Below the pieces are notes generated by a model. It was not told where the DNA came from. It ran no database searches and saw only the letters and a list, made by a program, of their open reading frames with translations. DNA of 64,000 nucleotides from Candidatus Acidiferrales bacterium (lineage in GTDB: Bacteria > Acidobacteriota > Terriglobia > Acidiferrales > UBA7541), in contig JANWJR010000046.1 in NCBI GenBank assembly GCA_025451835.1, positions 5,173-69,172 on the forward strand, in the 5' to 3' direction. Below are positions 9,274-18,483 of the stretch, piece after piece. Each line of letters starts with the position of its first letter. Position 1 is the first letter of the stretch. Both the position numbers and the translations under genes were made by a program.

Positions 9274-10659
9274 TCAGGAGGCCGCCGTAACGGCAACCAC
9301 ACTCGCAGCGAACGACCGCTCTTTTCTGCGCCACACCACGAGCAATGCACTCCCGATCAGGATCAGCGCCACGCAGAGCCCCGCCCACAATCCTTTTGCG
9401 CCCCAGCCTTGCCGGAAGCAAAGGTACGCGCCCAGCGGCAATCCGATCAACCAGTAGCAGATGAGGTGGCACAGCATCGGCGTCCGCGTGTCTCCCGCTC
9501 CGCGCAGCGCGCCCGTCGCCACCGTCTGCAATCCGTCGAAAAGCTGAAAGAACGCGCCCACGAACAGCAGGCCGCTCGCCGCTGGAATCAGGCTCGGGTC
9601 TGGGGAATAAACTCGTACGATGTACGCAGGCGCAACGAAGAATGCCACGCCCATGCAGGCCATGAACACCGCGCCCAAAAGCATCGCCGTCCATCCGGCG
9701 CGACTCGCCGCGTGCGCGTCATTTCTCCCCAAGGCCTGCGCCACGCGGACCGCCGCTGCGGAGGAAATCCCGAGCGGTACCATATACGTGAAGCTCACTG
9801 TGTTCAGCGCCACCTGGTGGCTCGCTAGAGGTATCGCCCCAAGCTTCCCAATCAGCGTGGTCGCAACCGCAAACACGGCTACTTCCATCCCAAATTGGGT
9901 CGCCGCCGGCAACCCAAGTCGCACGAGCTGCCACACCCGAAAAAAGTTTGGAAGCCGCTGTGTCTGCATCAAACCGGTCTTGTATCTGCGGTCGTAGTAA
10001 ACCGCGTAAATAAGCAACACCGCCATCATGTACGTTCGCGAGATGCAGGTGGACCAACCCGACCCAACGGTGCCCATTGCCGGAAGTCCCAGATGCCCGT
10101 AAATCAAGGTCCAATTCCCCGCGATGTTCACCAGGTTCGCGGAAACCAGCGCGAATACGACCGGTTTCACGAGATCCATCCCCTGCAAATACCGCCGAAA
10201 AACAAAATAAAGCAGCAGCGGCAGGGTCCCCCAGTTCAGCGCGCGCAAATACGGGATCGCCTGATTCAGCACCGATGCCTGAATACCCATCCTTCGAAGC
10301 AGCGGTTCGAACAGCCACACCACCCCCATCAATATCGGCGCCATCCCGATGCTCAAATAGATTCCATTGACCAGCGAGCGGTGGCAATCCTCCACGTTGC
10401 CTGCGCCATACGAATGCGAGACCAGCGTGTCCAGCCCCAGCATCAGCCCAGTCCCGAATATCGCCGCTGCATTGAATAAAATGCTCCCGAGGCTCACCGC
10501 TCCAATTGCTTCCGCGCTGTGTGCCTGTCGGCCGACCATCATCGTGTCTACAATCGCCATCGTCATCCAGCCAAGCTCCGCCATGACCAGCGGAATCGCC
10601 AGCCGCACCATCGGCCCCACTTCTTCCGCAATGTAGTGCGCGAAGAGCCGTTTCAGCAT
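9274..10659 (-). CDS. MATE family efflux transporter
   Basis: 461 aa, about 12 TM segments. NorM-like N-terminus (LAIPLVMAELGWMTMAIVDTMMVGR). Confidence 0.85.
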   Translation of the reverse strand: MLKRLFAHYIAEEVGPMVRLAIPLVMAELGWMTMAIVDTMMVGRQAHSAEAIGAVSLGSILFNAAAIFGTGLMLGLDTLVSHSYGAGNVEDCHRSLVNGIYLSIGMAPILMGVVWLFEPLLRRMGIQASVLNQAIPYLRALNWGTLPLLLYFVFRRYLQGMDLVKPVVFALVSANLVNIAGNWTLIYGHLGLPAMGTVGSGWSTCISRTYMMAVLLIYAVYYDRRYKTGLMQTQRLPNFFRVWQLVRLGLPAATQFGMEVAVFAVATTLIGKLGAIPLASHQVALNTVSFTYMVPLGISSAAAVRVAQALGRNDAHAASRAGWTAMLLGAVFMACMGVAFFVAPAYIVRVYSPDPSLIPAASGLLFVGAFFQLFDGLQTVATGALRGAGDTRTPMLCHLICYWLIGLPLGAYLCFRQGWGAKGLWAGLCVALILIGSALLVVWRRKERSFAASVVAVTAAS

Positions 10660-10878
10660 CAGCCGCCGTTCTCATCCACAGGCGCAAATTTACAAAAAAC
10701 GATTGCCTTACAGTGTATAAGCAACTTCACGCGGAAAAAACTCACAAGTGACGGGCTGGCGCAAATGCGCTCCTGGGTTATGCTCGGCCTCAAGATCAGC
10801 AGCTCCCGCCATCACACATTTCTCGCTTCTACTGACGCACTCCATTGGTATAACCTCTGCTCTTTCGGGAGGACATAA

Positions 10879-13800
10879 ATGCAATTCTTTCGGCGTGTTG
10901 TTTCTCTGAATTTAGCCGTGATTTTGTTCGCGACGCTCGCATCGCTCATGGTTGCTCCGAATGTGGCGGCACAACAATTCAATCCTCGGCTCTATCAAGA
11001 CATGCATTGGCGGATGATCGGACCGTTTCGCGGCGGGCGCACGCGCGCGGCCACGGGCGTCCCGGGACAGCCGAATGTTTTTTACGTCGGCCAGGTAAAT
11101 GGCGGCGTCTGGAAATCGGATGACTATGGCCGGACCTGGAATCCCATCTTCGACGCGGAACCTAGCCAGTCCATCGGCGCGATCGCCGTCGCGCATTCCG
11201 ATCCGAATATCATCTACGTCGCGAGCGGCGAAGGCCTTGCTCGCCCCGATCTTTCCGTCGGCGATGGAATCTACAAATCCACGGACGCCGGCAAAACATG
11301 GACTCATCTCGGGCTTCGCGGGGGCCAGCAAATCCCCGCGCTCGTCGTCGATCCGCGCGATTCCAATAAATTATTCGCCGCGGTTCTCGGCCATCCCTAC
11401 GGGCCTAGCGAAGAGCGCGGTATCTTTCGCTCGAACGATGGCGGCCAGACTTGGCAGAAAGTTCTCTACAAAGGCGAAAACACTGGTGGCTCCGACGTCG
11501 AAATCGATCTTTCGCATCCGGACGTTCTCTACGCATCTTTATGGAAAACGCGCCAAGGCCCTTGGGAAGATGGCAATCAATACAGCGGGACTGAAGGCGG
11601 CCTTTTCAAGTCAACGGACGGCGGCAGCACATGGCATCAGTTGACCAACGGCCTGCCAAAAGACCTCACGCAAATTTACGTCGCTATCGCCCAGAGCAAT
11701 CCAAATCGCCTCTACGCAACGCTCTCCACAACTGAACGGGGCGACTACGGCTCCGGCAAAGGCCTTGGAATTTATCGCTCCGACGATGCCGGCGAAAACT
11801 GGCGTCGCGCCACCGAAGATCCGCGTCCTGCGATGAAAATCGGCGGTGGCGATCTTCCAGTCCCGAAGGTTGATCCGAAAAATCCCGACATCGTTTACAG
11901 CACCAGCATCGTCACGTTTCGTTCGACCGACGGCGCGAAAACGTGGATCGGCATTCGCGGTGCGCCAGGCGGAGATGACTACCAGAATATCTGGATCAAT
12001 CCCGATGACCCGAACATCATTCTTCTGGTCAGCGATCAAGGCGCTATCGTCAGCGTCAACAACGGGCAGACGTGGAGTTCCTGGTACAACCAGCCCACCG
12101 CCCAGCTTTACCACGTCGAGGCCAGCAATACGTTCCCATATCGCGTTTGCGGCGGACAGCAGGAGAGCGGTTCCGTCTGTATTTCCACCCGCGGTAACGA
12201 TGGCGAAATCACGTTTCGCGACTGGCATCCGGTCGGTGCCATCGAGTACGGCTACGTCGCGCCCGATCCTCTCCATCCCGATCTCATTTATGGCGCCGGG
12301 CGCAGCGAGGTTTCTCGCTTTCACTGGGAAACCGGCCAAGTGGAAAACGTCACCCCGATTCCATTTCCCGGCGATAAATACCGCGCCGATCGCACGCAGC
12401 CGATTCTGTTTTCGCCCGTTGATCCGCACATCCTCTATTACGCCGCGAACTTCCTTTTTAAAACCACGGACGGAGGCGGAACGTGGCAAACCATCAGCCC
12501 CGATCTTTCGCGTCCGCACGCTGGCGTCCCCGCTAGTCTCGGCGAACTTGCTGCTAAAGATCCTAAGGCGGATAAGCAGCGCGGCGTGATTTATTCGCTC
12601 GCGCCTTCCTTCAAAAGTGTGGATACCCTGTGGGCGGGCACCGATGACGGTCTTATCTGGCGCACAGGCGACGCCGGAAAAAACTGGACCAACATCACGC
12701 CGCCGGAATTAACTCCTTGGAGCAAAATCACTCAGCTCGCAGCCTCGCATTTCGACGACGAAACGGCTTACGCCTCCGTCAGCCGCTTCCGCATCGACGA
12801 TCTCCGGCCGTATATCTATCGCACGCACGATGGCGGCACGACCTGGCAGAAAATCACAGCCGGCTTGCCTGACGATTCGCCGGTTGATACTGTGCGCGAG
12901 GATTCCATACGCAAGGGCTTGCTTTTCGCCGGCACGGAAAATGGCGTTTGGGTTTCATTTGATGATGGCAGCCACTGGCAATCCCTTCAGATCAACCTCC
13001 CGCACACTTCCATGCGCGACCTCTGGCTCCACGATGATGACTTGATCGTGGCCACGCACGGCCGTTCGTTCTGGATTCTCGACGACATCTCGCCTCTGCG
13101 CCAGATCAGCGAAGCCATCACGAACTCAGAAGCTCATCTCTTCAAGCCCGCGCTCGCCTATCGCATCCGTCGAGATGCCAACACCGACACGCCAATCCCT
13201 CCGGATGAGCCGGCTGGGGAAAATCCTCCCACTGGGGTGATCTTCGATTACTACCTGAAATCGGCCGCAGCCGGACCTGTCACGCTCGAGATCCACAATT
13301 CGGCGGGCAAACTCGTCCGCAAGTTTTCGAGCAACGATAAGCCTAAGCTCACGCAGGAAGAGCTCGAGAAGCAATTGATTCCTCTCTATTGGATTCGGCC
13401 GCCGCAAATCCTTTCCACCGAAGCCGGCATGCACCGCTTCGTCTGGGATCTGCGAACGCCTTCTCCCAATTCTCTCACGCAGCAGTATCCGATCGCCGCC
13501 GTTCCGCACGACACGCCGCGCGAGCCGGTCGGCCCCGCCGTCGTCCCCGGTGTCTATACGGTGAAGCTCACCGCGGGAGATCAGGCTTTGTCCCAAACTT
13601 TCGAAGTGAAAATGGATCCCCGCGTCCATACTTCCGCCATGGGCCTCGCAGCGCAGTTCAAACTCGCCTCCGAAATTTGTGAAGGGATGGACGCGAGCTA
13701 TGCCGCGCTTCAAGAAGTGCGCTCGGTAAAATCGCAGTTGGAAAAACTCGCGGGGCAATCCCAGAAGGGACCTCTTGGCGATGCCATTACGTCGCTTGAC

Positions 13801-14121
13801 GCCAAAGTTGCCGCGTTTGAAGGTTCATCACCGGCAGGCGCGCCACGGACCAAGCGAGATAGCTTCGCGAAGCTCAATGGCCAACTCCTTCAATTGCTGG
13901 GAATTGTGGACCGCGCAGACCACGCACCGACGGAAGCTGCTAGCCAGGCTGCCAGAAAAGTACAAGACTCGCTGGATGCCGCTGGCAAAGGTTGGAACGA
14001 AGTGAAATCTCGCGACGTCTCGGCGCTTAACACGCAGCTTCGCGCCGCACAATTGCCTGAAATTAATCCATCGGCGGCAATCGAAGTCCCCGCCGACACT
14101 GGCGGCGGAGACGAGCCCTAG
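10879..14121 (+). CDS. secreted BNR/Asp-box (sortilin/VPS10-like) repeat protein
   Basis: 1080 aa with a signal peptide. About 11 S-x-D-x-G-x-T-W boxes (SDDYGRTW, STDAGKTW, SNDGGQTW, STDGGSTW and others). GGGAGG RBS at 10867-10872. Confidence 0.8.
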   Translation: MQFFRRVVSLNLAVILFATLASLMVAPNVAAQQFNPRLYQDMHWRMIGPFRGGRTRAATGVPGQPNVFYVGQVNGGVWKSDDYGRTWNPIFDAEPSQSIGAIAVAHSDPNIIYVASGEGLARPDLSVGDGIYKSTDAGKTWTHLGLRGGQQIPALVVDPRDSNKLFAAVLGHPYGPSEERGIFRSNDGGQTWQKVLYKGENTGGSDVEIDLSHPDVLYASLWKTRQGPWEDGNQYSGTEGGLFKSTDGGSTWHQLTNGLPKDLTQIYVAIAQSNPNRLYATLSTTERGDYGSGKGLGIYRSDDAGENWRRATEDPRPAMKIGGGDLPVPKVDPKNPDIVYSTSIVTFRSTDGAKTWIGIRGAPGGDDYQNIWINPDDPNIILLVSDQGAIVSVNNGQTWSSWYNQPTAQLYHVEASNTFPYRVCGGQQESGSVCISTRGNDGEITFRDWHPVGAIEYGYVAPDPLHPDLIYGAGRSEVSRFHWETGQVENVTPIPFPGDKYRADRTQPILFSPVDPHILYYAANFLFKTTDGGGTWQTISPDLSRPHAGVPASLGELAAKDPKADKQRGVIYSLAPSFKSVDTLWAGTDDGLIWRTGDAGKNWTNITPPELTPWSKITQLAASHFDDETAYASVSRFRIDDLRPYIYRTHDGGTTWQKITAGLPDDSPVDTVREDSIRKGLLFAGTENGVWVSFDDGSHWQSLQINLPHTSMRDLWLHDDDLIVATHGRSFWILDDISPLRQISEAITNSEAHLFKPALAYRIRRDANTDTPIPPDEPAGENPPTGVIFDYYLKSAAAGPVTLEIHNSAGKLVRKFSSNDKPKLTQEELEKQLIPLYWIRPPQILSTEAGMHRFVWDLRTPSPNSLTQQYPIAAVPHDTPREPVGPAVVPGVYTVKLTAGDQALSQTFEVKMDPRVHTSAMGLAAQFKLASEICEGMDASYAALQEVRSVKSQLEKLAGQSQKGPLGDAITSLDAKVAAFEGSSPAGAPRTKRDSFAKLNGQLLQLLGIVDRADHAPTEAASQAARKVQDSLDAAGKGWNEVKSRDVSALNTQLRAAQLPEINPSAAIEVPADTGGGDEP

Positions 14122-14493
14122 CCGATCGCAACGGTTTATTCGTCGGTCCGCTGCATCGGCCTGAGCGATTTCTGCGGGCTTCGCCCGTTCCAGGTGCTTT
14201 GCTACGCTGGCGTCGCTCAGTGCACACCCTGTATTGCATGCGCCTTGGCTCGAAAAGTCTCCACAGGTCCGCACACTTGGGCCTTTCGCGCGGCGTGCTA
14301 GCTTTATTTGCGCCATGAGGCAAAAAAACGAACGGGGAAACGACGGTCGAACGGAACGCCAGCGAAATCGGCCGTTTCTAATCGCAACCAAGTTATTAGA
14401 AATGGGCGTAACCCGCTAAAAACAAAAGACAGGCGTGATGCCCAATCACAACCAAATCAAGAATCGAACTCCCGCAAGCGATCCATCCGCGGG

Positions 14494-14817
14494 CTACAAC
14501 TTGTCGATCTTGGCTGCCAGGATGAAATCGCTTTCGGTGAGCCCATTAATCTTGTGCGTCCACGTGGTCACATCCGCCTTGCCCCACGCGAGGAAAATAT
14601 CGGGGTGATGCCCTTGCTCCTCCGCCACCACCCCAACTTTGTTGACGAACGCCAGCGCCTGCGTGAAATCCGGAAACGAAAATGAACGCGTAATGTGATG
14701 TCCGTCCACGACCTTCCATGCAGGCACCTGTTTCGTCAATTCACCAAGTTCCTTCCCCGCCAATGGCGGAATTCCGCCCTTGCATGGAACGCACGTCTTG
14801 CTTGCTAGTTCGCTCAT
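14494..14817 (-). CDS. phhB: 4a-hydroxytetrahydrobiopterin dehydratase
   Basis: 107 aa. PCD motifs: FxFxDF-like FSFPDFTQALAFVNKV, and EEQGHHPD. Confidence 0.9.
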   Translation of the reverse strand: MSELASKTCVPCKGGIPPLAGKELGELTKQVPAWKVVDGHHITRSFSFPDFTQALAFVNKVGVVAEEQGHHPDIFLAWGKADVTTWTHKINGLTESDFILAAKIDKL

Positions 14818-14888
14818 TACTTTCCTCCTGGACCGAACCTCTCTTCCATTCTATCGAAATTCACGGTGAAAGCACTTCGTACATGGCA

Positions 14889-15635
14889 TCACCGAAGGGT
14901 TTCCTGCCGATACAGCACGATGGTGTGCCAGACGGATGCAACGACCAGCATCGCGGCCAAGCCAATGGCGGCAATCAGCCCGCCGAAGTCGAATAGCCGC
15001 CATGACAATCCCGCCACTCTGGCCTGTGGACGCAGCCATAAAACGATGTTTCCGATACCAAGAAGAATTCGTATTTCCGTCGGTCCAAACTTCGCGAACG
15101 ACAAGCGAAAAACTCCGATCGTATACGTCGCGAGATAGGTTTCGATCGAAAGCAGGAGAAAGGCGACGAGCATGGCCATCGCGATTCGCCAATCGATAAA
15201 CCCAGATATCGCCAAACCGCCCATGAGAAAAAGCGCGCCAAAGGAGTCGATCATGTGGTCAACATAAAAGCCATACCGAGGACGTTGACGATTTCGAACG
15301 CGAGCCAAAGTGCCGTCGAGGCTGTCGCCGAACCAATTCAACGCGAGAAACAGGGTAGCCAGGAGCAACCCGGCGGGATGCCAGCGCGCCCAGGCGTAGC
15401 TGGCGCCTGCGAAGAACATCGATACGAATCCGAGAAGCGTAAGGTGGTCGGAGTTAATCCACGAGGGCAGGTGCGCAGCCAGCCAAAGCAAAATGACGCG
15501 TTCGAACTTCGAGGTGATGCTCTCTTGAATGCGCGTGGCGTTGCGGAAGGATGGATTACCTCCTTTGCGATGTTCGGAAGCCGAGGGGGTGCCGGACGAT
15601 GCTGGAAGTTCGGGGGGCGTTTGGCGCAAGTTCAT
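14889..15635 (-). CDS. CDP-alcohol phosphatidyltransferase family protein
   Basis: 248 aa membrane protein. Exact D-G-x2-A-R-x8-G-x3-D-x3-D motif (DGTLARVRNRQRPRYGFYVDHMID). Confidence 0.8.
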   Translation of the reverse strand: MNLRQTPPELPASSGTPSASEHRKGGNPSFRNATRIQESITSKFERVILLWLAAHLPSWINSDHLTLLGFVSMFFAGASYAWARWHPAGLLLATLFLALNWFGDSLDGTLARVRNRQRPRYGFYVDHMIDSFGALFLMGGLAISGFIDWRIAMAMLVAFLLLSIETYLATYTIGVFRLSFAKFGPTEIRILLGIGNIVLWLRPQARVAGLSWRLFDFGGLIAAIGLAAMLVVASVWHTIVLYRQETLR

Positions 15636-15652
15636 CGGCTCCCGCTGAGACT

Positions 15653-16528
15653 TCAGGCCCGTGCACCAGAGCTGGCGCGCAGTGAAACGTACTCCCGAAT
15701 ACAGGCTTCAAAGGCATTCTCAAGCTTTTTCGTAACCGGACCGTCCACGGCGGCAATGTTGCGCCCGTTGATTTCGCTCACCGGCAGCAGATTGCGGTTC
15801 GTAGAGGAAATAAAAACCTCATCCGCCGCATACAGATCTTCCCGCAACAATTTCCGTTCGCCAACCGGCACTCCCGCCTGCTCGCCAATTTTGAGCAGGA
15901 TACTCCGCGTGATTCCTTCGAGGCACCCGGAATCAAGCGGCGGGGTGCTCACGCACCCGTCACGCACGCAAAAAACATTTGCGGCAGTACATTCGGCCAC
16001 CTCGCCGCGCTCGTTTAAGAGCACGACTTCATCGAACCCTTGTTGCTGAACTTCGTGCAGGTTCCACACATTGACGAGCCACGATGTGGTCTTCACGCCC
16101 GCAAGCGGCGACGCCGCGTGCCGCCCGTGCTCGCGCAGCGCTAGGCGCGCCGTTCCGCGGTACGCCGGCAGATCGGCCGAATAGATAATCAGATCCACCT
16201 GCGGAAAACCCTCGTCGCTGCACCAGAAACCGACCTGGTTATAGACCGCGTAGATACGCGCGCACCCTTCGCGCACCTGGTTGGCGTCCAACACTCGTCC
16301 CAGCTTCTCCCGCAGCAATTCCTCGGTGAAAGGAAACGGGCAGTGCGTGCGCGCGGCGTCGCGCGCGAGCCTCTTGCAGTGGCGTTCGAACGCGAACGGC
16401 ACGCCTTCGACTATACGAACGGTGGTGAACAAACCCCAGCCGTTCAGCAACCCGGCTTGTCCAGGCGACAACCGGACGTCTTCAATAGAAAGCAACTGGT
16501 CGTTGTGATAAATGGCTCGATGGATCAT
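15653..16528 (-). CDS. class IV (branched-chain/D-amino acid) aminotransferase family protein
   Basis: Fold-type IV PLP enzyme pattern (GWGLFTT, VKTTSW, EGITR). An internal ATG at 16528 (MIHRAIYH) is preferred over the Arg-rich extension in the track. Confidence 0.75.
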   Translation of the reverse strand: MIHRAIYHNDQLLSIEDVRLSPGQAGLLNGWGLFTTVRIVEGVPFAFERHCKRLARDAARTHCPFPFTEELLREKLGRVLDANQVREGCARIYAVYNQVGFWCSDEGFPQVDLIIYSADLPAYRGTARLALREHGRHAASPLAGVKTTSWLVNVWNLHEVQQQGFDEVVLLNERGEVAECTAANVFCVRDGCVSTPPLDSGCLEGITRSILLKIGEQAGVPVGERKLLREDLYAADEVFISSTNRNLLPVSEINGRNIAAVDGPVTKKLENAFEACIREYVSLRASSGARA

Positions 16529-16652
16529 TCCGCGCACCCTCGCATGATTTCGCCCTATTCTAGCGCAGAATCCCCTTCCGCGACCGCGATGGCCCAAAAC
16601 AGCGTCGTCCGAAGCGGAGATAAAATGGATCCGTCTAAATGACGCGAGTGAT

Positions 16653-17019
16653 ATGCTCTTGGCGGTGACGCTACCCGATTACAACTCCGATGAGATTCGG
16701 AATGCCATCGTGCGTTCCGACTACGAGTTCGCGCTAAAGAATACTTTGCCTTACGCTCTCGCTGGAAATGCTGATGCTCAATGTACCATTGCCCTGCGCT
16801 AGAGACCGGGTGGGGAGAGGCCAAAAGGATGTTCTTGAGGCGGAACGCCGGTTGCTGAGAGCCAAGTCACAGAATAGCCCCTTGGCATGGCATAACCTGG
16901 GCACACTGTATGTTGCGAAACATGCTGGCCTCGAACGCCGCTGGGGCGACGCCCATAAATGTTATGACCGGGCCAAGGAACTGGGCTTTGATTGTGCGAA
17001 CCCGTACCCACCGTGTTAG
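16653..17019 (+). pseudogene. possible frameshifted Sel1/TPR-like repeat gene
   Basis: A 49-codon ORF from ATG 16653 ends at TAG 16800-16802 with LAGNADAQCTIALR. The +1 frame (ORF 16768-17019) continues with GRGQKDVLEAERRLLRA...AWHNLGTLYV...CYDRAKELG. Both halves look like Sel1-type repeats. Confidence 0.25.
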
Positions 17020-17056
17020 CCAGCGGGAAGATGCGCATCAGCAGCGTTCGCCTCGC

Positions 17057-17848
17057 ATGAGTCCCGACTCCTCGCGCGAACCCGTTATCGAGTTTCGCGA
17101 CGTCACCTACGAACTGCCCCAGACAAACGCGTCCACGCACGGCCGGTTGTTGCGTGATCTGAACTTCAGCGTGCTGCGTGGAGAGACGATGGTTCTTCTC
17201 GGCCGCAGCGGCTCGGGAAAAACAACTGCCCTAAAACTCATCAACCGATTACGCGAGCCGAGTCACGGAGAAGTTCGCGTGGAAGGCCGGTCGACTATCG
17301 AATGGGATCCGATAGCGTTGCGTCGACGCATCGGCTACGTGATCCAGGAAATCGGACTGTTCCCGCATTTCACAATCGAGCGGAACGTCTCGCTTGTCCC
17401 ACGCCTGGAGGCATGGCCCACGGATCGTACGCGAGCTCGTGTCAAGGAGTTACTGAACCTCGTTGGGCTCGCTCCGGAAAGTTTTCTAGAGCGTTATCCT
17501 CACCAACTGTCGGGCGGACAGCGCCAGCGCGTCGGGCTGGCGCGAGCACTTGCGGCCGACCCGGCCATCCTGCTGATGGACGAACCCTTCGGTGCGCTCG
17601 ACCCGCTGACGCGAGATGAAGTTCGTCGCGAGTTTCACGCCCTCCAACAACGACTCGGAAAAACCATCGTGATCGTGACGCATGACGTGAGCGAGGCGCT
17701 GATCCTCGGAACGCGTATTGGATTGCTCGAAGCAGGCACGCTTGCCGGCGTGTATTCGCCGCAAGAATTTCTGCAGTCCGCCGATCCGCGCTCAAAAGCG
17801 TACGTCGATCATCTGCCAACCCGATCGCGACTCGAGGAGTCTTTATGA
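17057..17848 (+). CDS. ABC transporter ATP-binding protein (osmoprotectant/quaternary amine uptake type, no CBS domains)
   Basis: Walker A GRSGSGKTT, signature LSGGQRQRV, Walker B LLMDEP. ATG 17057 (MSPDSSREPVIEFRDV) is preferred to the track start at 16910. Confidence 0.85.
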   Translation: MSPDSSREPVIEFRDVTYELPQTNASTHGRLLRDLNFSVLRGETMVLLGRSGSGKTTALKLINRLREPSHGEVRVEGRSTIEWDPIALRRRIGYVIQEIGLFPHFTIERNVSLVPRLEAWPTDRTRARVKELLNLVGLAPESFLERYPHQLSGGQRQRVGLARALAADPAILLMDEPFGALDPLTRDEVRREFHALQQRLGKTIVIVTHDVSEALILGTRIGLLEAGTLAGVYSPQEFLQSADPRSKAYVDHLPTRSRLEESL

Positions 17849-18483
17849 ATCTTGCGACCTTCTTTCTCCGGCACAGGGACGAGATCTTTCGGGCGACGCT
17901 CGAACACATCTGGCTAGTGGGTGCGGCGATGCTGCTCGCCGTCGTAATTGGCGTCCCACTTGGGATACTCGTGACCCGGCGTCGTTGGCTCTCGAATTCG
18001 ATCTTGGGAAGCGCGAACGTTGCTGAGACCATACCTAGTCTCGCGCTGTTTGGGTTTCTACTGCCGGTTCCCTGGCTGGGCGAGCGCGCGGATCGCCTCG
18101 CGATTCTGGCTCTGACTCTGTACGCGCTGCTTCCGATTATTCGAAATACCGTTGCCGGCATCGACGGAATCGATCCTGCAGTACGGGAGTCCGCAAAGGC
18201 GATGGGCATGACCGACCGACAAATTCTTTTTCAAGTGGAACTGCCGCTTTCCCTTTCGACGGTGCTTGCAGGCGTGCGCGTGGCAACGGTCTTGACAATT
18301 GGAATCGCAACCATCGCTGCCGCTGTGGGAGCCGGCGGACTGGGAGAATTTATCTTTCGCGGCCTTGCGATGGTAAACGATCAACTGATTTTGGCTGGAG
18401 CCATTCCGGCTGCTGTTCTGGCGCTCACTGCCGATCTGCTTCTTGGTCTACTCGAACGGAGGCTGCGGCCAGTAAAAGCATGA
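17845..18483 (+). CDS. ABC transporter permease (OpuB/OpuC-type)
   Basis: 212 aa, BPD_transp_1-like. ATGA overlaps at both ends. Confidence 0.85.
   Translation: MNLATFFLRHRDEIFRATLEHIWLVGAAMLLAVVIGVPLGILVTRRRWLSNSILGSANVAETIPSLALFGFLLPVPWLGERADRLAILALTLYALLPIIRNTVAGIDGIDPAVRESAKAMGMTDRQILFQVELPLSLSTVLAGVRVATVLTIGIATIAAAVGAGGLGEFIFRGLAMVNDQLILAGAIPAAVLALTADLLLGLLERRLRPVKA

Noticed and set aside
10846-10861. Sigma54-like match TGGTAT-AACCT-CTGCT upstream of the BNR protein gene
   Set aside because: The GG-N10-GC spacing is right, but the -12 GC is only 18 nt from the ATG. The predicted transcription start would fall inside the GGGAGG RBS, and both boxes are weak.
14889-15635. Idea that the CDP-alcohol phosphatidyltransferase is phosphatidylcholine synthase (Pcs), given the nearby choline-type importer
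   Set aside because: As I recall the S. meliloti enzyme, Pcs has a longer spacer (about 12 residues) between DGxxAR and the following Gly. This protein has the generic x8 spacing, and the importer is on the other strand in a separate unit.
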